Assembly: GCA_003141245.1 (NCBI GenBank)
Contig: PLLE01000043.1
Location: 36,542-100,541, forward strand
Length of the DNA: 64,000 bases
Origin: Chloroflexota bacterium
GTDB lineage: Bacteria; Chloroflexota; Limnocylindria; Limnocylindrales; CSP1-4
Direction: 5' to 3'
Both the position numbers and the translations under genes were made by a program. Shown one piece after another: positions 1-8,859 of the stretch; within the stretch, counting starts at the first letter, position 1, and the number at the start of each line of letters is the position of its first letter. The notes under the pieces were generated by a model. That model did not search any database. It worked only from the letters and a program-made list of their open reading frames with translations, and had not been told where the DNA came from.

Positions 1-104
1 AGGATCGCCGGATCGGCTGGCGTCGAACCTGCGTCCCGGGGCGGCGGACTGGCAGGTGTCGTCTCATTGGCATCCGATCTGACCTCGGCGGCTTTCGGCG
101 GCGT

Positions 105-1250
105 TCAGCGCGGCAGGTCGGCGATCGTCAGGCGGCTGCGCACGCGAGTCGCCTGACGGGCCTCGGCCAGCTCCACGATCCGGCGGCAGACGGCCGCGAA
201 GCTGCCCAGCCCCGTCGCCGCCATCTGCGGGAAGAGGCTGATCGGGGTGAAGCCGGGGATCGTGTTGATCTCGTTGAGGTAGAGCTCGTCGCCGGCGAGC
301 AAGAAGTCGACTCGCGCGAACCCCTCGCAGCCGACCGCCCGGTAGGCCTGCCGTGCGATCTGCCGGATCTTCTGCGCCAGGACTTCGGGGATCTCAGCTC
401 GCGGCGTCGTCTCGGAGACGCCGTCGCTGTATTTGGCTACGTAATCGTAGAACTCGCGGCCGGGGAAGATCTCGCCCGGCCCGAAAGCATCGAGCGCGTC
501 CGGATCGTTACCGACAACGGCTACCTCGATCTCGCGCGGGTGGTCGAGGTAGCGCTCGACGATCGCCAGGCTATCGAAGCGGAAGGCCTGATCCAGGGCG
601 CGTCCGCGTTCGGCCGGGGTGTGGGCGATCGACATTCCCACCGACGACCCCATCCGAGCGGGCTTGACCATGAGCCGCCGTTCGTTGCAGTGCTCGGAGA
701 AAGTCGCGACCTCGTCCAGGACCCGCCGGCGATCTGCGGTCCAGCGCGCGGACGTGACCTCGACCCATTCCACGACCGGGATGCCGAGGCCGCGGACCAG
801 GCGCTTGTACAGAGCCTTGTCCATCCCGACAGCCGAGGCGGCCACCCCCGCACCGACATACGGCAGGTCGTACGCCTCGAGCAACGCCTGGACCGTGCCG
901 TCCTCGCCGAATGGACCGTGCAGCGCCGGGAAGACGATCGGGGCGACGGGGCGGGAGGCGATGCGATCGAGGGCCTGACCGGGCAGCCAGGGCCCCTCGG
1001 CACCGACGCCGGCGGGGTCGTCGAAAGTGCCGGGGCGTGGCCGGCCGGAGGCGGCCGTCGACGGAACCCGCCACCAACCCCCCGATAGGTCGATGAAGAT
1101 CCGCTCCACGGCGTAGCCCGATTCGGTCAGCGAATCGGCGATCGCCCAACCCGAAACGACCGAGACGTCGTGCTCGGCCGAGGGGCCGCCGAACAGCACG
1201 ACGACTGCCTTTCCATGGTCGCGTCGCGGTTCCGTGGCACGCGATTCCAT
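105..1250 (-). CDS. ddl: D-alanine--D-alanine ligase. The ORF track extends to 1349; the probable start is ATG at 1250 (MESRATEP...KAVVVLFGGPS), and the N-terminus is still longer than in typical Ddl.
   Basis: Translation has the Ddl N-terminal motif VVLFGGPSAEHDVS and an ATP-grasp C-terminus (LYLNEINTIPGFT). It is the last gene of the dcw cluster. Confidence 0.85.
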   Translation of the reverse strand: MESRATEPRRDHGKAVVVLFGGPSAEHDVSVVSGWAIADSLTESGYAVERIFIDLSGGWWRVPSTAASGRPRPGTFDDPAGVGAEGPWLPGQALDRIASRPVAPIVFPALHGPFGEDGTVQALLEAYDLPYVGAGVAASAVGMDKALYKRLVRGLGIPVVEWVEVTSARWTADRRRVLDEVATFSEHCNERRLMVKPARMGSSVGMSIAHTPAERGRALDQAFRFDSLAIVERYLDHPREIEVAVVGNDPDALDAFGPGEIFPGREFYDYVAKYSDGVSETTPRAEIPEVLAQKIRQIARQAYRAVGCEGFARVDFLLAGDELYLNEINTIPGFTPISLFPQMAATGLGSFAAVCRRIVELAEARQATRVRSRLTIADLPR

Positions 1251-1318
1251 GGCACGCGGTTCGGCGGCGCGGCGGGCGTCCGTCGGAGCCGCGTTCCTCG
1301 GGTCGGTCACGTCGCCTC

Positions 1319-2302
1319 TCATCTCTCCTCCTGCCCCCAGTTGGACCAATCCCCCACGAACTTGACCTCGTACACCAGCTCGATTCCGAACCGCCGAGCG
1401 ACCTCCGCGCGGGCCATCTCGGCCAGGTGGCGCACGTCGGCAGCGGATCCCTGCCGGTCGTTGACGATGAAGTTGGCGTGCATTTCGCTGATTGCGGCGC
1501 CACCCACCCGTGTCATCTTGAGCCGGCAGGCGTCGATCAGCCGGCCCGCGGAGTCGCCCGGGGGGTTGCGGAAGACGCTGCCGGCGCTGGGCAGGTTGAT
1601 CGGCTGATGCTCCTGCCGCCAGCGTCGGATCTCGTCGAGGCGGCCCTTGATCTCGGCCGGATTGGCCGGCGTGAGACGGAAGGTCGCCTGGAGCACGACC
1701 TCGGCGGGCCCACCCGACGCGACGCTCCCCTGCCCGATCAGCTTCAGACGGCTGTCGCGGTAGACGAGTGCGAGCGCGGCGGCCGGTTCGTCGGCCACGA
1801 CTCCGTCGGCGCGCAGTATCAGGGCCGACTCGAGAATCCCAGCCATGTCCGAGCCGTGGGCGCCGGCGTTGGCCCAGACCGCTCCGCCGACGGTGCCCGG
1901 GATCGCCAGTCCGAACTCCAGGCCGCTCAGGCCTGCGCGCTGGGCCACCGTCGCCGCGCGAGCGAGCGGCAGGCCGGCCTCCGCGATCAGCCGCTCACCC
2001 TGAATGCTGTGACCCTCCGCCCGGCAGAGGACGACGAGTCCGCGGACGCCGGCGTCGCTCACGACCAAGTCGCTGCCGCGGCCGACGACGAGGTGCGGAA
2101 TCGCCGCCTCGCGGGCAAACCGGACGAGAGCGGAGAGCTGCCCGACGTCGTGGGCGGTGGCGAGAAGGTCGGCCGGACCGCCGACGCGCATCGTCGTGTG
2201 GCGGGCCATCGGCTCGTCGCGGTGCGGCCTGACGCCGACGACACGGGCGATCTCCGCGGCCAGGGCCGCCCAATCGACCGGCAAAGCCGTCGCCCCGGTC
2301 AC
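1319..2302 (-). CDS. murB: UDP-N-acetylenolpyruvoylglucosamine reductase
   Basis: 327 aa with an FAD-binding MurB fold (HTTMRVGGPAD..., RNPPGDSAGRLID). It overlaps the ddl start and lies directly after murG. Confidence 0.85.
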   Translation of the reverse strand: MTGATALPVDWAALAAEIARVVGVRPHRDEPMARHTTMRVGGPADLLATAHDVGQLSALVRFAREAAIPHLVVGRGSDLVVSDAGVRGLVVLCRAEGHSIQGERLIAEAGLPLARAATVAQRAGLSGLEFGLAIPGTVGGAVWANAGAHGSDMAGILESALILRADGVVADEPAAALALVYRDSRLKLIGQGSVASGGPAEVVLQATFRLTPANPAEIKGRLDEIRRWRQEHQPINLPSAGSVFRNPPGDSAGRLIDACRLKMTRVGGAAISEMHANFIVNDRQGSAADVRHLAEMARAEVARRFGIELVYEVKFVGDWSNWGQEER

Positions 2303-3450
2303 GAGGCCGCTCCCCGGGAAATCGCGTCGATCACACCCGGCTCCGGCAGGCCGCGTCGTTCCGCGGCCGCAAGCACCAGCTCCGCGACCGCGTCCGCGGC
2401 GCCGGGCCGTGCCAGTGAGCGGGCGGCCGCCGCCATAGCGGCGTGCTCGGCGGGGTTGTCGAGGATGGCGGCGGCCGCCAGCAGCGCCTCCGCATCGAAG
2501 GCCTCGTCCTCGACCAGCCGAGCGGCACCGGCCCGCACCATCTCCTCGGCGTTGCGGCGCTGATGCCCCGCGGCGTGCGGGTACGGAACCACGACCATCG
2601 GGAGCCCGAACGCGGCCACTTCCGCCAGCGTCGAGGAGCCGGCGCGGCCGACGACCAGGTCGGCGGCCGCCAGTGCGTCGGTCATCTCGCCGCGCAGGAA
2701 ACGCTCCGGGCGGTAGCGCTCGCGCAGCTCGGCCGGGAGTGCCTCGCGCCCGGCCACGGCCGCCTCATAGCCTTCGTCGCCGGTCACATGCAGGACTCGG
2801 ACCCGCGCGACCAGCCGCGGCAAACCCTCGGCCACCGCCCGGTTAAAGCGCCGCACCGCCTGCGATCCGCCGAAGACGAGCAGCAGCCGCTCGTTCGATC
2901 CGACGCCCATGTGCGCCCGGGCAGCGGCGCGATCGACGCCACGCGGGTCGCGGATCGGAGTCCCGGTCACGAAGCACGGCCGCTTCCGATCGAGAGCGCG
3001 GCACGTTTCCTCGAACGAGACTGCGAGGCAACGGGCAAGTCGAGCGGTCGATCGGACGCTCCGCCCCGGCACCACGTTGCCGTCCCACATCACCACCGGG
3101 ATGCGCAGCAAGGCCGCCCCAAGCAGGATCGGCACCGCCGCGTACCCGCCCGTCGTGAAGATGGCCGCGGGTCTGCGCGCGATCAGCATCGCCACCGCCT
3201 GCGGCACCGACAGGCACAGACGGATCGGATCGAGCAGGGCGTGGACGTCGAGGTCGACGGTCCGGAGCGAGCGCAGCGCCAGGCGCCGGAGTGGGATTCC
3301 CGTCTCCGGAACGACCTGCGACTCCAGGCCGCGGTGGCCGCCGACCCAGGCCAGCTCAGACGCGGCCGGTCGAGCCTGCAGCGATCGAGCGACGGCGAGA
3401 GCCGGGTAGATATGTCCTCCCGTACCCCCGCCCGCTATCAGCAGACGCAT
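2299..3450 (-). CDS. murG: UDP-N-acetylglucosamine--N-acetylmuramyl-(pentapeptide) pyrophosphoryl-undecaprenol N-acetylglucosamine transferase
   Basis: N-terminus MRLLIAGGGTGGHIYPALAVA is the classic MurG G-loop; 383 aa. Confidence 0.9.
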   Translation of the reverse strand: MRLLIAGGGTGGHIYPALAVARSLQARPAASELAWVGGHRGLESQVVPETGIPLRRLALRSLRTVDLDVHALLDPIRLCLSVPQAVAMLIARRPAAIFTTGGYAAVPILLGAALLRIPVVMWDGNVVPGRSVRSTARLARCLAVSFEETCRALDRKRPCFVTGTPIRDPRGVDRAAARAHMGVGSNERLLLVFGGSQAVRRFNRAVAEGLPRLVARVRVLHVTGDEGYEAAVAGREALPAELRERYRPERFLRGEMTDALAAADLVVGRAGSSTLAEVAAFGLPMVVVPYPHAAGHQRRNAEEMVRAGAARLVEDEAFDAEALLAAAAILDNPAEHAAMAAAARSLARPGAADAVAELVLAAAERRGLPEPGVIDAISRGAAS

Positions 3451-4699
3451 TGACCCAACCTCGCTCTGCGGTTTCCCGCGAGATGGATAGCAGAATCCCG
3501 ACGGCCGCGAAACTCACGACGAGCGACGAGCCGCCCTGGGACACGAACGGCAGGGTGATGCCGGTCACCGGAACCAGCGCCAGGACGACGCTGATGTTGA
3601 TGATGGCCTGGAAACAGATCCAGGCCGTGATCCCGGCCGCCAGAAGTCCGCCAAAGGTGTCGGGCGCATGAAGCGCGGTTCGAATCCCTGCCCAGGCGAG
3701 GGCGACGAAGAGGCCGATGACGACCATGCCACCGACGAAACCCAGTTCCTGCCCGATGACGGAGAAGATGAAGTCGTTCCAGTCGTTAGGGACGATGACC
3801 CGATCGTTGCCCAGGCCGGTGCCGAGTAGCCCGCCAGCCGCCAGAGCCTCGAGGCCCTTGATCGTGTGATAGCCGGTGTTGCTCGGATCCGACCAGGGAT
3901 CCAGGAAGACCTGGATGCGTTGCAACGGGTAGGCGCCAACCGTCATGACGAGGAAGGCGGCGCCTGCGATCCCTCCGGCCATGGCCATGCCCAGATGAAG
4001 GAGGCTGGCTCCGGCAACGAAGAAGAGGACGAGGGCGATCAGCACGATGACGGTGGTGGTCCCGAGGTCGGGCTCGCGCGCCACGAGCACGACAAACGGG
4101 AGGACGATGATCCAGAACGGAACGGTCCCGTGAAAGAAGCTCTTGATGCGAGTGCCCCTCGTCGCCAGCCAGTGGGCCATATAGACCACCAGGGCAAGCT
4201 TCGCCACCTCCGACGGGTGGATCTCGAAGAACGGCCCGAGCCTGATCCAACGCGCCGAGCCGTTGCGGATGACGCCGAACATCGGGAGCAGCACGATGAC
4301 CAGGAGCGCGATGGCGATCACCGCGAGGAAGACACTCGCTTTGCGTAAGTAGCGGTAGTCGACCCGAGTCAGGATGATCATCACGATGAGGCCGGCAAGC
4401 CCCGCCGCGATTTGCGGCGCGACCATCTGGAAGGTGTTCCGGCTGGCGCTGTACGAGTCGATTGCCGAGGCCGAGTAGACCATCAGAATCCCGATTGCCG
4501 CCAGAGCTACGACGGCGACTACGATCACCCAGTCGGGGTCGTGGAGCTCGCGCTTGGGTCCGCCATTGGCGCCGATCGAGGACGGTCGGACGGCAGGCGG
4601 TCGCCCGACCGATCTGGTCGGGCCGGTGATGCGGCTGACGCGCTCCAGCTCGACCGGCTCACGCGAGCGGCGTGCATAGCCCTGCCCGAAGTCCGTCAT
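3356..4699 (-). CDS. ftsW: Peptidoglycan glycosyltransferase / lipid II flippase, FtsW/RodA (SEDS) family
   Basis: 447 aa polytopic membrane protein with SEDS motifs (GLGNDRVIVPNDWNDFIFSVIGQELGF, GITLPFVSQGGSSL). Its 3' end overlaps murG by about 95 nt. Confidence 0.85.
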   Translation of the reverse strand: MTDFGQGYARRSREPVELERVSRITGPTRSVGRPPAVRPSSIGANGGPKRELHDPDWVIVVAVVALAAIGILMVYSASAIDSYSASRNTFQMVAPQIAAGLAGLIVMIILTRVDYRYLRKASVFLAVIAIALLVIVLLPMFGVIRNGSARWIRLGPFFEIHPSEVAKLALVVYMAHWLATRGTRIKSFFHGTVPFWIIVLPFVVLVAREPDLGTTTVIVLIALVLFFVAGASLLHLGMAMAGGIAGAAFLVMTVGAYPLQRIQVFLDPWSDPSNTGYHTIKGLEALAAGGLLGTGLGNDRVIVPNDWNDFIFSVIGQELGFVGGMVVIGLFVALAWAGIRTALHAPDTFGGLLAAGITAWICFQAIINISVVLALVPVTGITLPFVSQGGSSLVVSFAAVGILLSISRETAERGWVNASADSGRGYGRTYLPGSRRRSIAAGSTGRV

Positions 4700-6297
4700 C
4701 GCCTCGCCCTCGCCGCCGCGCGGCGTTTGGCCATCGCGGCCGCCGCGGCCCTGAAGGCGGCACCTCGGGCGGCGTAGTCGACGAACATGTCGAAGCTGGC
4801 CGCGGCCGGGCTCAGCAGGACCGTGGCGACGGCCGGCTCCGCCGCGTCGGCCGATCGCGCGTTGGCCGACCGCGCGTTGGCCGCCAGCAATTCCGCGAGC
4901 GCCTCGCGGGCGATCGTGTCGGCCAGCTCCACGGCCTCCTCCAACGTAGCCGCCTGCTCGACGCGCATGACGCCGCTGTCACGGAAGAGGGTCGCGAGCG
5001 CGGGACCGGACTCGCCGATCAGGACGGCCGCATCGGCTCGCTCGGCGGCCACCGGGCCCAGGCCGGAGAGATCGACGCCCTTGTCGCGGCCCCCGGCGAT
5101 CAGCACCAGCGGCCGCGGGAAGGCCTGCAGGGCCGCGATCACCGCGTCGGGCTGCGTCCCCTGCGAGTCGTTGATGAAGCGCACTCCGTCGACGGTCGCG
5201 ACCGGCTCGAGTCGGTGCTCGACGCCGACGAAGGCGGCAGCGGCACGGCGGATGGCGTCCGGCGAGATGCCGAACAGCAGCGCGACCGCGACGGCGGCAA
5301 GGGCATTGGAGACGTTGTGATCGCCGGGGATCGCGAGCTCCGCCAGGGGCAGGATCCGGCCGCCCGGCCCCACCTCCGCCGCACCGCCGCCGGCCAGGGC
5401 CAGCCGCTCCACGCCCGCAGCCACGATCCAGCCATCCTCCACGCCCAGACCGCCTGGTAGCGGCCGGTCGCGCCGATATGCCACGACCGGAGCCACTCCC
5501 AATGCCCCGTACGCGGCCACGATCGGGTCCTCCGCGTTCAGGACGAGCGCTCCCGCCGGATCGACAAGTTCAGCCAGGCGCCGCTTCACTGCCCGGTACG
5601 CCTCGAGCGTCCCGTGGCGGTCCAGGTGATCGGAGGTGACGTTTGTGTAGACGGCGACCGTCGTCCCGTGCGAGAGCGTCGGCAGCTGCAGCTCGGAGAG
5701 CTCGATGACGACCCGATCTTCGGGCGTCAGCTCGGTCAGCCGCTCCACGAGTGGGATCCCGACGTTGCCGCCCAGGATAGCGGGGTGGGCCGGATCGGCG
5801 GCCAGCAGCGCCGCCGTCAGCGACGAGGTCGTGGTCTTGCCCTTGGTCCCGGTGACGCCGATCGTCGGGCAGGGGCACATTCGCAGCACCAGATCGGGCT
5901 CGCTGACCAGGGCGGGCGCGCTCCCGGGATCGACTCGATGGGCCGCCACCAGCGCGGCCAGCGCGGCCCGAAGGCGAGGTTCGGCCGTGGGGAAGTCGGG
6001 GTTGATGCTCGGCGAAGTCGCCACCAGGTCGGCCGATGCCCACGCGCTCGCCGGGTCGACCGCCGGCCCCAGGGCCAGCTCGATCGGCCGGCCGCCAAGG
6101 GCCGCGATCGCCTGCGCGAGCTCGCCCGCGGATCGGCCGTCGTAGATCGTCACGCGTGCGCCCGCGTCGGCGAAGAAGCGCGCCATCGCGATCCCGCTTC
6201 GCGCCAGGCCTAGGACGGTGACCGACCGTCCGCCGAGCGCGCCGTCGCGGACTCCCGCCGCGGTCAGCCGGTCGAGTTCGACGATGCGTCGCACCAT
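4696..6297 (-). CDS. murD: UDP-N-acetylmuramoylalanine--D-glutamate ligase
   Basis: Mur ligase motifs GVTGTKGKTTT and NVTSDHLDRHG; Rossmann N-domain (VTVLGLARSG). Confidence 0.85.
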   Translation of the reverse strand: MVRRIVELDRLTAAGVRDGALGGRSVTVLGLARSGIAMARFFADAGARVTIYDGRSAGELAQAIAALGGRPIELALGPAVDPASAWASADLVATSPSINPDFPTAEPRLRAALAALVAAHRVDPGSAPALVSEPDLVLRMCPCPTIGVTGTKGKTTTSSLTAALLAADPAHPAILGGNVGIPLVERLTELTPEDRVVIELSELQLPTLSHGTTVAVYTNVTSDHLDRHGTLEAYRAVKRRLAELVDPAGALVLNAEDPIVAAYGALGVAPVVAYRRDRPLPGGLGVEDGWIVAAGVERLALAGGGAAEVGPGGRILPLAELAIPGDHNVSNALAAVAVALLFGISPDAIRRAAAAFVGVEHRLEPVATVDGVRFINDSQGTQPDAVIAALQAFPRPLVLIAGGRDKGVDLSGLGPVAAERADAAVLIGESGPALATLFRDSGVMRVEQAATLEEAVELADTIAREALAELLAANARSANARSADAAEPAVATVLLSPAAASFDMFVDYAARGAAFRAAAAAMAKRRAAARARR

Positions 6298-6304
6298 GGC
6301 CGAC

Positions 6305-7327
6305 CTACTTCGGGATCGAGGAGACGAAGAGCGTCACCCCGAGCAATCCCGCCAGCGCGCTGACGATCCAGAACCGCATCGTCACCTTCTCCTCGTCCCA
6401 GCCGCCCAGCTCGAAGTGATGGTGAAGCGGGGCCATCCGGAAGACCCGCTTGCCGCGGAGCTTGTAGCTGCCGACCTGGATGATGTCGGACGCGGTCTCG
6501 ATCACGAAGATCAGGCCGATGAAGGGCAGGATCATCACCTGGCCGGTGATGAGCGCCACCACGGCCAGCATTCCGCCCAACGAGAGCGCGCCCGAGTCCC
6601 CCATGAAGACCTGGGCGGGGTGGACGTTGAACCACAGGAAGCCGACAATCGCGCCGACGACGATGGCGCACACCAGCGCCAGATTTGGCTGCCCGGGATC
6701 GTTGAGCAGGGCGATCATCAGGTAGCTGATGAAGGCAAAGGCGAGCGTGCCGCCGGCCAGCCCGTCGAGTCCGTCGGTCAGGTTCACGCCGTTGCTGCAG
6801 CCGACGATCGCCGCCACGGCGACGACGATGAAGAAGATCCCGCCCAGTTCCACGTTCCGATCGAGGAGCGGCACGAAGATCGTCGAGGTGAACTCGACGT
6901 CGCCGACGAACGGGACGCGGACGCCGTTGAAGCCGAAGTGGTTCTGGACGTAGATGGCCACGCCGATCGCAACGACCGTCTGCCAGACGATCTTGTGGCG
7001 GCCCCGCAGGCCGTATCCGGTTCGGGCGTTGAGGAAGTCGTCCAGCGCACCGAGAGCGCCGACGAGCGCCAGCACGGCGAGCGGCGAGTAGGTCGAGGCA
7101 TCCATGGCGTCGAACAGATATGCCAGCGACAGGATCACGGCTACGAGGAGCACTCCGCCCATCGTCGGCGTTCCCTGCTTGACCAGGTGCGTCCCCGGCC
7201 CGTCCTCGCGGATCTTCTTGCCCATGCCGATCCAATGAAGCAGCCGGATGTACGGCGGCATCAGGATCACGACGCAGGCGAATGCGAGCAGCAATCCCTG
7301 AATGAACACGACCCCGTGCTCGTTCAA
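6305..7327 (-). CDS. mraY: Phospho-N-acetylmuramoyl-pentapeptide transferase
   Basis: 340 aa membrane protein with MraY motifs (NGVNLTDGLDGLAGG, MGDSGALSLGG). Confidence 0.9.
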   Translation of the reverse strand: MNEHGVVFIQGLLLAFACVVILMPPYIRLLHWIGMGKKIREDGPGTHLVKQGTPTMGGVLLVAVILSLAYLFDAMDASTYSPLAVLALVGALGALDDFLNARTGYGLRGRHKIVWQTVVAIGVAIYVQNHFGFNGVRVPFVGDVEFTSTIFVPLLDRNVELGGIFFIVVAVAAIVGCSNGVNLTDGLDGLAGGTLAFAFISYLMIALLNDPGQPNLALVCAIVVGAIVGFLWFNVHPAQVFMGDSGALSLGGMLAVVALITGQVMILPFIGLIFVIETASDIIQVGSYKLRGKRVFRMAPLHHHFELGGWDEEKVTMRFWIVSALAGLLGVTLFVSSIPK

Positions 7328-8859
7328 CGGTCGTCCTCCACGCCATCGGTCGCCGACAAGTCCAGTCCCGTGTCGGCGCCTGCCCTACCCCCGCGATCCC
7401 CCATCAGCCATTCGACTATCCACTCGAATTCGGCCCCGCGTGAGGCCTTGACCAGTACCACGTCGCCGGGCCGGAGAAGCTTGCGCAGAGCCGCCAGGGC
7501 GGCTTCGCGATCGGCCACCGGCACGACCGCCTCGCCCAGCGAGGCCGCCCCGGCCGCGATGCCGCTCGCTTCTTCGCCCACGACCACCACCACGTCGGCG
7601 AGACCGGCAGCTGCCGAGCCCACCGAGCGATGGCCTCGCTCGTGCGCCTCACCGAGCTCCCGCATGACCCCGAGAACCGCCACGTGGCGGCCCGGAAGCG
7701 ACGCCAGCAGCTCCAGCGCGGCGATCATCGACGTTGGAGAGGCATTGTACGAATCGTCGAGGACGGTCAGGCCGCCGGCGCGCACTATCTGGTCGCGGTG
7801 CGGGGCCTGCCAGCCGCGACGCAGGCCAGCCACGATGAGATCGAGATCCAGCCCCGCTGCCAGACCGACGGCCGCGGCTGCCAGCCCATTGTGGATGCCG
7901 TGCCGGCCCAGGGCCGGAGTGGACGCCGCGATCCGGCCGGTGGGAGAGACCAGCGTGAAGCTCATCCCGTCCAGACCGGCCGACACGACCTCCTCGGCAC
8001 GCACCTCGGCGTCCGCCGCGAAACCGTAGCTCAGGGTCCGGGCTGCGGTGCGACCTCGTATCCGCAGCACCCGCGGATCGTCGGCATTGAGGACCGCAAC
8101 CCCGTCCTCGGGAAGCGCCTCTACCAGCTCGGCCTTGGCCCGCTCCACCGCGTCGATCGAGCCGATGCGCGACAGATGGACCTCGCGCACGGCCGTGACG
8201 ACGCCTATCTTCGGCCGCGCTATCGCCGCCAGCTGCGCGACCTCGCCGCCTACGTACATTCCCATCTCCAGAACCACGGCCTCGTGCTCGGGACCCAAAC
8301 GCAGCACGGTCAGCGGCAGGCCGACTTCATTGTTGGCGTTGCCCTCGCTCTTGAGTGTCACGAAGCGTTCGGCCAGGACGGCGGCGATCGCTTCCTTGGT
8401 GGAGGTCTTGGCGATGCTGCCGGTCACGCCGACCACGAGCGGCGAGAAGCGAGCGCGCCACGCGGCGGCCACGGCATGCAGGCCCAGGAGCGTGTCAGGG
8501 ACGGCCACAATGGTGGGTCCGCCCTCCCCCGCCAGGTCGGCCGTTTCGCTGGGCAGGTCGTTCACGAGAAGGGCCGTCGCGCCGGCGTCGACGGCGGCTC
8601 GAAGGAAGCGGTGGCCGTCGGTTCGCTCCCCCCCCAGCGCCACGAAGAGGTTGCCTGGCCGAACCAGCCGTGAATCGACCGCGCCGCCGCGAATCTGTCG
8701 ATCGGAGGAATGCACCAGTCGGCCGCCTGTCGCGGCGGCAAGCTCGGCCGCGGTCAGGGTCAGTAGCCCCGCGCCGAGCCGAGGCTCCGGTTGGCGGGCG
8801 TCGGTCACCTTGTCAGTGTCGCACAGCCAACGGCGCTCGGTGCGGGACCCTCCCGTCAC
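7324..8859 (-). CDS. murF: UDP-N-acetylmuramoyl-tripeptide--D-alanyl-D-alanine ligase
   Basis: MurF-type motifs GSIAKTSTKE and GNANNEVGLP. The MurE signatures are absent, so this ORF is MurF rather than MurE. Confidence 0.8.
   Translation of the reverse strand: MTGGSRTERRWLCDTDKVTDARQPEPRLGAGLLTLTAAELAAATGGRLVHSSDRQIRGGAVDSRLVRPGNLFVALGGERTDGHRFLRAAVDAGATALLVNDLPSETADLAGEGGPTIVAVPDTLLGLHAVAAAWRARFSPLVVGVTGSIAKTSTKEAIAAVLAERFVTLKSEGNANNEVGLPLTVLRLGPEHEAVVLEMGMYVGGEVAQLAAIARPKIGVVTAVREVHLSRIGSIDAVERAKAELVEALPEDGVAVLNADDPRVLRIRGRTAARTLSYGFAADAEVRAEEVVSAGLDGMSFTLVSPTGRIAASTPALGRHGIHNGLAAAAVGLAAGLDLDLIVAGLRRGWQAPHRDQIVRAGGLTVLDDSYNASPTSMIAALELLASLPGRHVAVLGVMRELGEAHERGHRSVGSAAAGLADVVVVVGEEASGIAAGAASLGEAVVPVADREAALAALRKLLRPGDVVLVKASRGAEFEWIVEWLMGDRGGRAGADTGLDLSATDGVEDDR

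Noticed and set aside
571-1503. Long antisense or alternative-frame ORFs throughout the window, e.g. 571..1503, 1427..2563, 2443..3453, 6218..8029, 6264..7346, 9744..11387, 18886..20742, 18902..20614, 33412..34593, 34757..36097, 44258..47071, 49527..52022, 52324..54405 and 61916..63412.
   Set aside because: They overlap well-supported genes on the other strand or in another frame. Their translations are Arg/Pro/Gly-rich and low-complexity with no family motifs. Such open frames are expected by chance in ~70% GC DNA.
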